Shown here piece by piece: positions 15,542-24,350 of a DNA stretch of 56,181 bases. The translations under genes and the position numbers were made by a program. Within the stretch, counting starts at the first letter, position 1, and the number at the start of each line of letters is the position of its first letter. Below the pieces are notes generated by a model, which was not told the origin of the DNA, ran no database searches, and saw nothing but the letters and a program-made list of their open reading frames with translations. Source of the DNA: a virus (taxonomy: Duplodnaviria; Caudoviricetes); the IMG/VR virus record IMGVR_UViG_3300010412_000017, positions 1-56,181 of that record; one strand, written 5' to 3'.

Positions 15542-17233
15542 TTACGGTAAGTCCACTATGGTGTTGGGTGAAAGGGTCACGCCCACGGATATCCCGTTTT
15601 GCGTGATGGTTCCGCCGGTGCGGAAGAACCGCCAGCCCTTGAGCCGCACCTTTGTGGTCACCGCGACGTCGCTACTGTAGTTGTAGGTGGCGTCGCTGTA
15701 CACACCCGAGGCGTTGGTTGTGCCCTGGGTGATGAGGCTGCCGTCGCTGGCTGCCTCGATCCTTACGCGGGCCCCCTCTATCGGGTTGCCTGCGCTGTCC
15801 TCGACGGTGACGGTCAGGGTCACCGTGTTATTGATCGTCACCGTCCCGGTGTAGCCGCCCACGGTCTCGTAGCTGAGCGCCTGGGTGCCGCCGTCGGCCG
15901 GGTTCTGGGCCGCGCTGTTGGTCAGGTTGATAGTGATGTTCGCGCTCGTCGTGGCCGGGTTGATATAAAAAATGCGGTTGCCCGCGGTCCCGGTCTGGGT
16001 CGCGTAGCCGTCAAAAACGTAGCCGTCGATGTTGTAGGTGAACGGCCCAGCGCCGGTGGGCGCGATCTCGATGGCGTGCCCGGTGCCGTCGCTGTTAAAG
16101 CGCAGGTTGTCCTGGTTCTGCACATCGGTGGTGTTCTCGTCCCAGATGATGGCGCCGTTGGCATCGGTGGTGCCGTTAAAGGTCGCGCCGTCCAGGGTGA
16201 AGCTCTGCAGGTCGACCTGGTCGCAGTCGTTGAAGGTCAGGCTGGCACCAAACTTCGAGGCGTCCACCGTCGGGAAGGTGATCGCGGCCAGGCCGCCGAA
16301 GGTGACGTTGGTCAGCTCCACCACGTCGACGTTGGTGTCGCTCAGGTCGAAGGTCGCCCGCACGCCGGTGTTGACGATGGTCACGTTGGTCAGCTTGAAG
16401 CTGATCAGGTCGGTGGCGTTGCCGACCAGGCGGAAGGGGAAGTTGCCCGCGCCGATGGCCCGGCCGCCGCCGTTGTCGCCGATCCAGTACCACTGCTCGT
16501 TGGTGGCCTCGAAATAGGCGTCTGCCGTGGCGGTCGGGTTGCCCCACTCGGTCGGCGCAAAAAAGCCGTACTGCGCGCCCAGGGGGTTGTTGACCATGCC
16601 CCAGCCGTTGGTCTCGTCGTCGCCCTGGACGTCGGCCATGGTCTCGGGTGTGCCGCTCGTGCCGCCGTTGATGCGCAGCGCCGCGGTGCCGTTGGCGATG
16701 TAGCTGATCCGGTCGACCAAAACGTTAGCCACGTTGCCCTGGGCCTTGGCTAGGTGGAGGCTGCCGTAGCCGATGCGGGTGATGGCGGTCTGGGCCAGGC
16801 TCGCCTCGCTGCCGGCGTAGGCGTTGAAGCTGCCGGGGGTGGCGACCACCTCGGAAACGTCCAGCTTGAAGGCGTTGTAGAAGGGGGTCAGCGGCAGGCC
16901 GACAGCGTCGTTGCCGGCCACGTCATAGCCGATGTCGTTGGTGCCATCGCCCAGGGTGATCTGCACGCCGCCGTTGGCATAGGTGTCGACCAGGTTGTCC
17001 TTGACCAGCATGTACACCGTGGCATCGCTCAGGTTGTAGCTGAACGTCCCGCCGCCGCCGCTGGTCTGGGTGGTCCAGACGTGCTCGTCGGTGTTCGAGT
17101 GCTGGGTGGTGATCGCCGCGGTGCCCTCGTAAAAATAGCCGGTCAGGGTGGTCGTGGCCGGGGCCGCACCGTCGCCGGCCCAGCCGGTGGCGTTGTCGGC
17201 ATCGTTCACCTCGGTTCGCAGATCAACGCTCAT
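15542..17233 (-). CDS. Putative virion structural protein with C-terminal carboxypeptidase-regulatory-like beta-sandwich
   Basis: 563 aa; LTVTVEDSAGNPIEGARVRI..GTTNASG motif; ends IVDLP. Confidence 0.65.
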   Translation of the reverse strand: MSVDLRTEVNDADNATGWAGDGAAPATTTLTGYFYEGTAAITTQHSNTDEHVWTTQTSGGGGTFSYNLSDATVYMLVKDNLVDTYANGGVQITLGDGTNDIGYDVAGNDAVGLPLTPFYNAFKLDVSEVVATPGSFNAYAGSEASLAQTAITRIGYGSLHLAKAQGNVANVLVDRISYIANGTAALRINGGTSGTPETMADVQGDDETNGWGMVNNPLGAQYGFFAPTEWGNPTATADAYFEATNEQWYWIGDNGGGRAIGAGNFPFRLVGNATDLISFKLTNVTIVNTGVRATFDLSDTNVDVVELTNVTFGGLAAITFPTVDASKFGASLTFNDCDQVDLQSFTLDGATFNGTTDANGAIIWDENTTDVQNQDNLRFNSDGTGHAIEIAPTGAGPFTYNIDGYVFDGYATQTGTAGNRIFYINPATTSANITINLTNSAAQNPADGGTQALSYETVGGYTGTVTINNTVTLTVTVEDSAGNPIEGARVRIEAASDGSLITQGTTNASGVYSDATYNYSSDVAVTTKVRLKGWRFFRTGGTITQNGISVGVTLSPNTIVDLP

Positions 17234-17624
17234 GGAGCACCAGCGGCAGGATGGTCACGGCGAAAAGGTCCACAGGTTTGGGCGTCGGGATATAAAGCAC
17301 CTCGTCGCCCGGTCGCACGAATTGTTTAAGGTTCTCGGTAACGTTCCCGGTAATGATCGTAGCGTCCGGCTCAGGCATCACCTGGTCGATGCTCGTGCCG
17401 TGGGCAGGGATCAGGAAGCAGCGCGGGCCGGTCACCGTCACCAGGGCGCGCTCCATGGTGTGATAGGCCTCGTATTTCCCGTGGCGCTCCGGCTTGGGGT
17501 CGCCGACCATCATCCAGCGGTCGATGTCGTAGGCGGCCACGATCTGCTTCCACATGCGCCACTCGATAAAGTGTTCCGCCCTGGAAAAGCCCGGCTCCCA
17601 CATGCCCAGAAGGTTGCGCCTCAC
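17223..17624 (-). CDS. Divergent SPOUT (SpoU/TrmH-like) fold protein
   Basis: C-terminal half ...ATIITGNVTENL...DEVLYIPT...DLFAVTILPLVLHER parallels the SpoU knot motifs (G-x-E; V-x-IP; L-x-V...VL-x-ER). Confidence 0.45.
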   Translation of the reverse strand: MRRNLLGMWEPGFSRAEHFIEWRMWKQIVAAYDIDRWMMVGDPKPERHGKYEAYHTMERALVTVTGPRCFLIPAHGTSIDQVMPEPDATIITGNVTENLKQFVRPGDEVLYIPTPKPVDLFAVTILPLVLHER

Positions 17625-17905
17625 CAGCCCGCCTCCGCTCCCATGGTGGGCCGCACGATCTCGTCCATGGGGCCTTCTGTGGGGTTGTGGATCACCCGCG
17701 GGGGCTCGTCCCAGGTGACGAAAACGAGCGGCCTGGGCTGCTCAGCGACCGCCAGGGGGGCGACTTGGCGGATGGCGTCGACCGCGTTCCAGGCGATGAC
17801 GGTCTCCTTGGTGGTCTTGGTCCTTGGGCCGGGCTCCTTGCCCTTGGCCGGGCGGTAGACCTTAACCTCGAAAAGGCGCCGCAGGCTCCGGGATCGGTAT
17901 ATCAA
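17621..17905 (-). CDS. Hypothetical protein
   Basis: 94-aa ORF with 4-nt overlaps on both neighbours. Confidence 0.5.
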   Translation of the reverse strand: MIYRSRSLRRLFEVKVYRPAKGKEPGPRTKTTKETVIAWNAVDAIRQVAPLAVAEQPRPLVFVTWDEPPRVIHNPTEGPMDEIVRPTMGAEAGW

Positions 17906-18291
17906 AGCTCGCTCCTAAATGTTCCAAAGATCCGCAGCGCCGGGCGCAAATGAATTACCTGGCCCTGGCGGCTAACGATCAAAGGCGTCACGAGAGGCTC
18001 GTAGGCCAGGGTCTGGCCCTGGCCGTTGAGGTAAATAACGCCGCCCACCACGACCGCCGGCTCGTCGGCGCGGGTGGCCCGCGGGTAAAAGAACACGCCC
18101 TGCTCCTCGGGGTCGGCCTCGGGGTTGGGGATGTAGCGCTCGCCATCCCAGCTCTCGGGGTAGAGGGCCAGGCGGCCCAGCTGCCAGGCGTCGATCTCCT
18201 GGCCGTCGGCGTCAACCAGCGCCATGGCGGCGATCTTGCCCTGGATGCCGTCGAGGAAGTCGGCCCGGCCGTTGGTGGTCAGCTGCAGCAT
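17902..18291 (-). CDS. Hypothetical protein
   Basis: 129-aa ORF starting 3 nt after the portal stop. Confidence 0.6.
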   Translation of the reverse strand: MLQLTTNGRADFLDGIQGKIAAMALVDADGQEIDAWQLGRLALYPESWDGERYIPNPEADPEEQGVFFYPRATRADEPAVVVGGVIYLNGQGQTLAYEPLVTPLIVSRQGQVIHLRPALRIFGTFRSEL

Positions 18292-18294
18292 CGC

Positions 18295-19773
18295 TTAGCC
18301 CCTCACCAGGCGGACCACGTTGCCGCTGTCGTCGCGCTCCACGTTGAAGGCGTCGCCGCCGTCCTGGGTGGAGGCCTGGCCGGCCCCGCCGTCGTTGCTG
18401 GCGTCTGGCTGGGCCGCTTCGAGGGCCTTCATCTCGTCCTCGACCGTGCGGTCCTCGGGCAGGATCTCGCCGACCTTCAGGTTGTGCAGCAGGGTCTCCT
18501 GGCTGATCGCGCCCTTGAGGTAGGCGTCCACCAGGGCCTGGATCTCCTGGGGGGTCATGCGGGCGTCCACGAAGTCCTTGTTCATCTCGACGCTCACGGC
18601 GTCGGCGCTGGCGCCTTCCCATTCCGCGGCCAGCTCCAGGGCGGCCTCCAGGCCCATGGCCACGGCGCCGGCGATGTCGGCCAGGGTGGCATTGCTGCCG
18701 GCCTGGTGAATACGGGCGGTCTCGGCGGCCTCGACGCCGGCCCGCGGGGGCTCGATCATCCGGGCGCCCAGGGCGGCCATCTTGGCCTCCTTTTCCTCCA
18801 TGCCGGTCTGCAGGGTGGCGATGCCGACCCCGCTGAACTCCAGGAAGCCGACCTGCGCGCCTTCCGGCAGGCGCCAGGCCTTGCCGCTGCCCAGGGGTAG
18901 CTCGGTGCCGGTCTTGCCCTCGTCCACGCCGGACACCCAGGGGGTGGGCAGGGCGGTCAGGTGCCGGCCGTGCTCGATGTCGGCGCTGTTGCGGTAGTGC
19001 GCCAGGTTCATCTCGGCGATGTCGAGGATCGGCGGGTCCCAGACGTCCAGGCCCACGCCCTTGGGGTTGACCGGGACAAACGGGATGCGGTCCAGGGGCT
19101 GGCCGGCCTTGAGCGGTACCAGGTCCTCGACCACCTGCCAGTTGTTGTTCTGGTCGCGCTTCCACAGGCGCTGGTGATAGCTCGCCGTGCCGGTGGGCTG
19201 CCCGGCCTCGTCGACGTCTGCCAGCAGCGTCAGCTCGCGATAGCGGATCTTGGCGGTCAGGGTGTACGGGTCGCTCGGGTCGGCCTCGTAGTAGCCCTCC
19301 TTGAGGACGATCAGCGTCAGGTTGCCGTCCTCGTCCTCGCGCCAGTTGGTGATCTCCTCGGCGGCGTAGCCGGTGAGGTAGAGGTCGCTGTTCTCTTGCT
19401 TGCTGCGGTCAACCAGGAAGCCCAGGCGCCCGCTGATAAGGAGGCCTTCCGTGGCGTGCTTGGCGACTTCCGCCAGGCTTTGTCCATCCTCGGTGGCGTT
19501 CTCCTCCAACGCCTCGATCTGGCTGGGTAGCTCGACCACCGGGGCTTTCCGGTTGACGAGGCCCGTCATGCCCTCGACCGTGCGGCCGGTGGCGTTGAAA
19601 AACACCGCCCGCTGCAGGTAGGCCTTGTACTCGTTGGCGTCCTGGCCCTCAAGCTGGGGCAGGTGCTCGGTGGTGCGCGCCTTCACGGCCGCCTGGCCGT
19701 CGTTGGCGTCGCGGGCGTGCTGCCACTTGATGGTCTGGTCCTGGTACTTGGGATGCACAGTGTCGATGGGCAT
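18295..19773 (-). CDS. Portal protein (DUF4055 type)
   Basis: HPKY..W..RD, YLQRAVFFNATGRT, PPILDIAEMNLAHYRNSAD motifs; follows terL. Confidence 0.9.
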   Translation of the reverse strand: MPIDTVHPKYQDQTIKWQHARDANDGQAAVKARTTEHLPQLEGQDANEYKAYLQRAVFFNATGRTVEGMTGLVNRKAPVVELPSQIEALEENATEDGQSLAEVAKHATEGLLISGRLGFLVDRSKQENSDLYLTGYAAEEITNWREDEDGNLTLIVLKEGYYEADPSDPYTLTAKIRYRELTLLADVDEAGQPTGTASYHQRLWKRDQNNNWQVVEDLVPLKAGQPLDRIPFVPVNPKGVGLDVWDPPILDIAEMNLAHYRNSADIEHGRHLTALPTPWVSGVDEGKTGTELPLGSGKAWRLPEGAQVGFLEFSGVGIATLQTGMEEKEAKMAALGARMIEPPRAGVEAAETARIHQAGSNATLADIAGAVAMGLEAALELAAEWEGASADAVSVEMNKDFVDARMTPQEIQALVDAYLKGAISQETLLHNLKVGEILPEDRTVEDEMKALEAAQPDASNDGGAGQASTQDGGDAFNVERDDSGNVVRLVRG

Positions 19774-19782
19774 CGCGGGCTC

Positions 19783-21198
19783 CTATTTTCCGGTGGTTCG
19801 CATCAGTCCGACGTCCCGCTTCTTGGTTCTCAAGCGGTAGCGGGTCTCATCACCGATGTGATCCTCGGCGTCGGTATCGACGTCGTCCGGGTCCTTGTCG
19901 CTCCGCGGTAGGACCGGCACTGTCCGTATAAAATGCCTACAAGTTTCAAAAATGTACAGCCCTGGCTCGTCGAGCGGGTTGTCGCTGCTGTCAAGCAGGC
20001 GCTGTCGCAGCGCCTCCCAGCCGGCCTTGCGGCTGCCTGGGCCCTTGTCGGCCTTGGTCCAGGTCACGCCCTTGCTGCTCATGTCGTCGGCAATGCAGGT
20101 GCCGTTGACCACGTCCCATATGCTGGTATCGGCCGGGCCGGGCCGTACTCGATCCGCGATGTTCATGGCCCGCTCGCGCTCCTTGATCCCGGTGGCGATG
20201 TCCTTGGCGAGCATGCGGCAGCCGGTGTTCACCTCGCCGTTCCAGCCGTACCACTCGGCGATGCGGAAAATGGTCCCGCGGGGATAAGTCCTTGAGCTGC
20301 CATCGTTCAGGCGCACCTCGGTGCCGTCGCTCTCGGCCCACCACCCCACGCTGAATGGCTTGGAGGAGCCGTAGTCAAAGCTGCGGTCGATGCGCCAGGT
20401 GCTCGGGATCGGGAAGGGCCGCACGACGTGGGTGGCGCGATCCCAGAGGTCGTCGCAAATGCCGCCGGCGACGATGTCCCAGCTGCCCTCCAGCCAGGCT
20501 TTAAGCAGCCACTCCTTGCCCTTGCAGGCGGCGACGATGTTGTCGATGTAGCCGGGGTCGTTCTGCATCAGCAGGATGTTGTCCTGCACCTTGGCGGGAA
20601 TGTAGGCGCGGGTCCAAAGCTGGCCGGTGATCGGGCTCACCTCGCGCATGATGTGCATCGGTGGGCCTGGGTCGATGTAGCGGGCCTTCAACCAGTTGTG
20701 GCCCACGCCGCCGGGGTTGGCTGAAAGGTAGAGGCGCTTGCGCACGCCGTGGGCACTGCGCAGGGTGGCCTTCAGGGTGTCGATGGCGCCGGGGGTGGCG
20801 TAGTTGCCGGCCTCGTCGATCCCGCACCAGGTGTACTCGTGGCCCTGGTAGCGCAGGGCGTCGCGCTCCTTTTCCAGGTAGCGCAGCTTGAGCCAGCCGC
20901 CGTCTGGCATGCGCCAGATGCGCTTGCTGGCAAACCAGCGGGCCCCGATCAGCGGGTAGATCTCGTCGGCCTTCGCCATGAGGTCCTCCAGCTCCGGGTA
21001 GGTCTGGCGGAACAGGATCCCGCGGGCGTGCGGGCCCCAGGTGCGGGCGTGGTTCTCGAAGTCGAGCAGGGCGCCGTAGCTCTTGCCTCCGCCGCGGGCC
21101 CCGCCGTAGAGGATCTCGTTGGCCGGGCAGGTGATCAGCAGCGTCTGGCGCCCCTCCTGGGGGCCGACGATGGCCTGGGCTGTCGCGCTCGTGCTCAA
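19783..21198 (-). CDS. terL: Terminase large subunit
   Basis: Walker A YGGARGGGKS, Walker B GIDEA, SANPGGVGH, nuclease FDYG and EDHIGDETRY; likely TTG start overlapping the upstream TGA. Confidence 0.93.
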   Translation of the reverse strand: MSTSATAQAIVGPQEGRQTLLITCPANEILYGGARGGGKSYGALLDFENHARTWGPHARGILFRQTYPELEDLMAKADEIYPLIGARWFASKRIWRMPDGGWLKLRYLEKERDALRYQGHEYTWCGIDEAGNYATPGAIDTLKATLRSAHGVRKRLYLSANPGGVGHNWLKARYIDPGPPMHIMREVSPITGQLWTRAYIPAKVQDNILLMQNDPGYIDNIVAACKGKEWLLKAWLEGSWDIVAGGICDDLWDRATHVVRPFPIPSTWRIDRSFDYGSSKPFSVGWWAESDGTEVRLNDGSSRTYPRGTIFRIAEWYGWNGEVNTGCRMLAKDIATGIKERERAMNIADRVRPGPADTSIWDVVNGTCIADDMSSKGVTWTKADKGPGSRKAGWEALRQRLLDSSDNPLDEPGLYIFETCRHFIRTVPVLPRSDKDPDDVDTDAEDHIGDETRYRLRTKKRDVGLMRTTGK

Positions 21199-21488
21199 AC
21201 CAGGCGCTCTAGCATCTCGGCGAAAATGGCGACCAGGAGCCAGGCCATCAAAACCCCGAGGCCGGCGGCGAAGCTGAGCACGGCCCAGATCGGCAGGTCG
21301 GGCTCGGGCTCCTCGTCCGGCCATTCCGGCTTGCTCCACAGGCGCAGGTTGCTGGGCAGGTCCGGGTAGTCGCCCAGGCCCTCGCCGTGGCAGTTGGGGC
21401 AGCCGTACTTGCCCAGGCGGCTGGGGAAGCAGTACCCGCAGGCCTCGCATCGGATCGGGTGGTCTACCGTGGGCTGCATCAGTTGCAC
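21195..21488 (-). CDS. Zinc-ribbon protein with C-terminal TM helix
   Basis: CEAC-x11-CPNC followed by hydrophobic LPIWAVLSFAAGLGVLMAWLLVAIFA. Confidence 0.6.
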   Translation of the reverse strand: MQLMQPTVDHPIRCEACGYCFPSRLGKYGCPNCHGEGLGDYPDLPSNLRLWSKPEWPDEEPEPDLPIWAVLSFAAGLGVLMAWLLVAIFAEMLERLV

Positions 21489-21646
21489 GCCATCCGGCTG
21501 GTGTCGCTGATGTAGAGCACGCTGTTCCTGATGGCCTCGGCGAGCTGCAGGGCGGCCTCGGGGTCCAGCATGATCGTGTCGCTGGCCTGGGTGAGCTGGA
21601 TGACGACGTCGCCGGCGCTGGGCCGGGCGACTACCGTCATGCGCAT
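21479..21646 (-). CDS. Small hypothetical protein
   Basis: MRMTVVARPS... starting just after the terS stop with a G-rich RBS. Confidence 0.5.
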   Translation of the reverse strand: MRMTVVARPSAGDVVIQLTQASDTIMLDPEAALQLAEAIRNSVLYISDTSRMACN

Positions 21647-21647
21647 C

Positions 21648-22103
21648 TCATTCCCCCTTGTGGGGGGCAAAGCCGGCGGCTCTGGCGTCGCCGGTGAGTT
21701 GGGCTTGGGCGAGTGCACTCCACTCCTCCTCGTTTAGCTGGTCGTGGTGAATGACGAAAACCTCGCGGGCTCCGCCTCCGGTGTCGCCCTGGTCCTTGGG
21801 CAGGCCGTACTTCTCCGGGTGCCGGCGCTCGAGGTAGGCCATGGCGGCCCGCCAGTCGTCGGCCATGCCGCGGCGCCATACGGCCATGGCGGTCATCTCA
21901 GCCTGGGTCTCGGCGGCCTGTACTGCCTGCAGAAACTGCAGATACCGGCCTCGGTTCTGGTTCTCTCCCCGTTCGAGCCAGCTGTACAAGGTCCGCTCGG
22001 AAATGCCGGCGGCCTGCGCTGCGGTGCTCCTCGGGACCCCGATGGACAAGGCATCGCAGACCCGCTGCGTTACCTCGTCCGTGAGCTTGCTGCGTCGTGC
22101 CAT
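21648..22103 (-). CDS. terS: Terminase small subunit
   Basis: MARRSKLT..., HTH AAQAAGISERTLYSW, WRAAMAYLERRHPEKYG; upstream of terL. Confidence 0.8.
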   Translation of the reverse strand: MARRSKLTDEVTQRVCDALSIGVPRSTAAQAAGISERTLYSWLERGENQNRGRYLQFLQAVQAAETQAEMTAMAVWRRGMADDWRAAMAYLERRHPEKYGLPKDQGDTGGGAREVFVIHHDQLNEEEWSALAQAQLTGDARAAGFAPHKGE

Positions 22104-22149
22104 GGTGCGTTTTCTCTCCTTTTGCCTCTAGTTAGGGTGTTGTTAGGGT

Positions 22150-22290
22150 CTATTTAGACCCCGTAATGGTCAGAACCGGCGCCTTTACGGCGTAAAAGGG
22201 CGGGTTCCAGATCACGAAGCTGCCGTAGGCGGCAGCGGTGCAAAGGGCGAAGATCGCCGCTCCGGTGATGAATTTGCGGGCTCGATGCAT
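22150..22290 (-). CDS. Small membrane peptide (46 aa)
   Basis: MHRARKFITGAAIFALCTAAAYGSFVIW...; overlaps the end of the upstream ORF. Confidence 0.35.
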   Translation of the reverse strand: MHRARKFITGAAIFALCTAAAYGSFVIWNPPFYAVKAPVLTITGSK

Positions 22291-22622
22291 ACCAGCTCTC
22301 CCATGGTCATGGTCTGTTTCGCCAGCGCCTCCAGGGCCCTGGCCGTGCTTGCGATCCGCTCCCTGGTCTTGCGCAGCTCCGCCCTGAGCTTGCGGTTCTC
22401 TCGTTCGATGGCCCCCAGTGCCTCGTTCCCCTGGGCGACCTGGTCCAGCCGTTGGCGCAGCGCCGTGTTCTGGCGCCGCAGCTGGTCCCGCTCCGCCCGC
22501 TCCTTGTAGGCCGGCGATCCGCCTGCCCGGATGTTGCCGTAGCTCCGGTGCTTGCTGATCAGGCTCATCCAGGCCTCGGCCCACTCCTCGGTCAGGAAGC
22601 GGTAGCCGTTCCGCTCGATCAC
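22212..22622 (-). CDS. Coiled-coil hypothetical protein
   Basis: GTG start (VIERNGY...) after the methyltransferase stop; heptad-rich. Confidence 0.55.
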   Translation of the reverse strand: MIERNGYRFLTEEWAEAWMSLISKHRSYGNIRAGGSPAYKERAERDQLRRQNTALRQRLDQVAQGNEALGAIERENRKLRAELRKTRERIASTARALEALAKQTMTMGELVCIEPANSSPERRSSPFAPLPPTAAS

Positions 22623-22629
22623 GTCCCTG

Positions 22630-24066
22630 TTATGCCTCCTGCTCCGGCTTGAGGCCCATCTCCTCGGCGCGGGCCAGGATAACCGCCGCGTATGCGGGCA
22701 TAAGCTCAATTACTCGGGCCCGGCGCCCGGCCTGGATCGCGCCCACCAGGGTGCTGCCGGATCCCCCGAAGGGGTCCAGGACGATCTCGTCGGGCTGGGT
22801 GCTGTTCTCCAAAGCGCGGCGAGCCAGCTCGCTGGGCTTCTCGGTGGGATGCACGCCGCTCGTGGTGCGGCTCACTTCCCAGAGGTCGGTCATGGCGTCG
22901 TTCAGGATCAGGGCCTGGTCCTCCAGGCGCACATGGCGGGGCTTCTTGCCCTTGGGCGGCTTGTCGGTCACAAACAGCTGGTGTCCGGCCCCGTCGGTGA
23001 TCAGCACCCCGCCGGCGTGGCTGATGCCGAGGTTCCCGTCTGAAAGGTGCCCGGCGATGCGCCAGACGGTCTGGTTGTCGCGGGCGCCGTAGAACATCGG
23101 GCTCTCGCCGGCGTGGCTGCAATAGAAGCAGGGCTCGTGGCCCCACTGGTAGTCGCCCCAGCCCAGGACCGGGGCGGGCTTGGCCCAGATCAGGTACTGG
23201 CGCTCCTCCAGGCCGCAGGCCTTCAGGGCGTAGCTGAAGTCGTCGCGGGTGCTGCTGGCGTGCCAAATGTAGGCGGCGCCCTGCTTGCTCAGGCACTTAA
23301 CGGCGGGTCTTAATGCCGCGGTCAGGAACTCGGCCAGGTCGTCGTATTTCAGCTCGTCGTTGGCGATGATCTCGAACTTGCCGCTATCGGCCTCGTAGTC
23401 GACGCCGTAGGGCGGGTCGGTGAACAGGCAGGCGGCGCGCTCGACGCCCATCAGGCGGCGGTAGCTCTCCGGGTCGGTGCTGTCGCCGCACAACAGGCGG
23501 TGCGGGCCCATGCGCCAGAGCTGGCCTTGTGCTACCCCGTAGTGCTCGATGAGCGCCTGCCTGGCCTCCTCTGCGGCGGCCAGAGCCTCCTTTTTCTCCT
23601 GCTCCTTGGCGTCCATGTACAGGCCGGCCTTCTTGGCGGTGTCGGCGATCAGCTTGTTGATGGCCTCGCCGTCGATCACCGGCAGCTCGCGCAGGACGGC
23701 GTCCAGCTTCTCCTTGTCGGCGCCGGCCAGGGCGGATACCGGATCCAGGGTCGCCAGCGCCAGGGCCTCCTCGGCCTCGGAAAGCTCGACGATGGTCACC
23801 GGCACCTCGGGCACGCCCTTCTTGAGCGCCAGCTCGGCCCGCAGGTGGCCGTCGACGATCCGGCCGGTGGTCTTGTTCACCACCACGTTCTGGACCCAGC
23901 CCAGCTGGCTGAGCTGCTCCTCCAGGGCCTGGCCTTGGTGCTTACTGTGGGTGCGCCAGTTGTCCGGGTTCGGGATCAGGGTCTCGGGGTCGGCCATCCC
24001 GTAGCCGACGATGCGGTTGGCCCAGGGGCTCTCTGGCTCGGTCTTTGGCTTGCGCTTAGCGGTCAC
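22630..24066 (-). CDS. ParB/Srx-like domain fused to N4/N6 DNA methyltransferase
   Basis: N-terminal LIPNPDNWRTH...IVDGHLR; catalytic TDPPY; HPTEKP; SAM motif VLDPFGGSGST. Confidence 0.9.
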   Translation of the reverse strand: MTAKRKPKTEPESPWANRIVGYGMADPETLIPNPDNWRTHSKHQGQALEEQLSQLGWVQNVVVNKTTGRIVDGHLRAELALKKGVPEVPVTIVELSEAEEALALATLDPVSALAGADKEKLDAVLRELPVIDGEAINKLIADTAKKAGLYMDAKEQEKKEALAAAEEARQALIEHYGVAQGQLWRMGPHRLLCGDSTDPESYRRLMGVERAACLFTDPPYGVDYEADSGKFEIIANDELKYDDLAEFLTAALRPAVKCLSKQGAAYIWHASSTRDDFSYALKACGLEERQYLIWAKPAPVLGWGDYQWGHEPCFYCSHAGESPMFYGARDNQTVWRIAGHLSDGNLGISHAGGVLITDGAGHQLFVTDKPPKGKKPRHVRLEDQALILNDAMTDLWEVSRTTSGVHPTEKPSELARRALENSTQPDEIVLDPFGGSGSTLVGAIQAGRRARVIELMPAYAAVILARAEEMGLKPEQEA

Positions 24067-24350
24067 TCGTCGCCCCCGCTGATGTTGTGAATGCCCAGGC
24101 TGTTGTCAGGGCCTGGGGCCCAGGGCAGCGGCAGCGGCTCGTCCTCGTGCATGTAGGCCGTGAGCTGGGTCGGCATGCCGTGCACCCGTACCGCCACCGG
24201 GCAGAGCGTCAGGCGCACCTCGCTGGGCTCGCCGGCCTCGACGGCCACCTCGACCTTGCGGATGCAGTCCAGCTTCTTGCCGTCCATTTTGACATAGGCT
24301 TCCAGCGGGCTGCCCTTGCCCATGTAGACCTCGATCTCGGGTCCGCTCAT
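24063..24350 (-). CDS. Hypothetical protein
   Basis: 95 aa with 4-nt overlaps on both sides. Confidence 0.55.
   Translation of the reverse strand: MSGPEIEVYMGKGSPLEAYVKMDGKKLDCIRKVEVAVEAGEPSEVRLTLCPVAVRVHGMPTQLTAYMHEDEPLPLPWAPGPDNSLGIHNISGGDE

Noticed and set aside
21199-21450. N-terminal extension of terL in the ORF track (likewise 5' extensions of 990..1907, 26645..27466, 41989..42672, 49679..50428)
   Set aside because: The Arg/Pro-rich extensions overlap other genes in a different frame; downstream starts have RBS or stop-start coupling
22630-24066. ParB partition system or restriction-modification system
   Set aside because: ParB-methyltransferase fusions near terminase genes are common; no ParA or adjacent restriction endonuclease is evident
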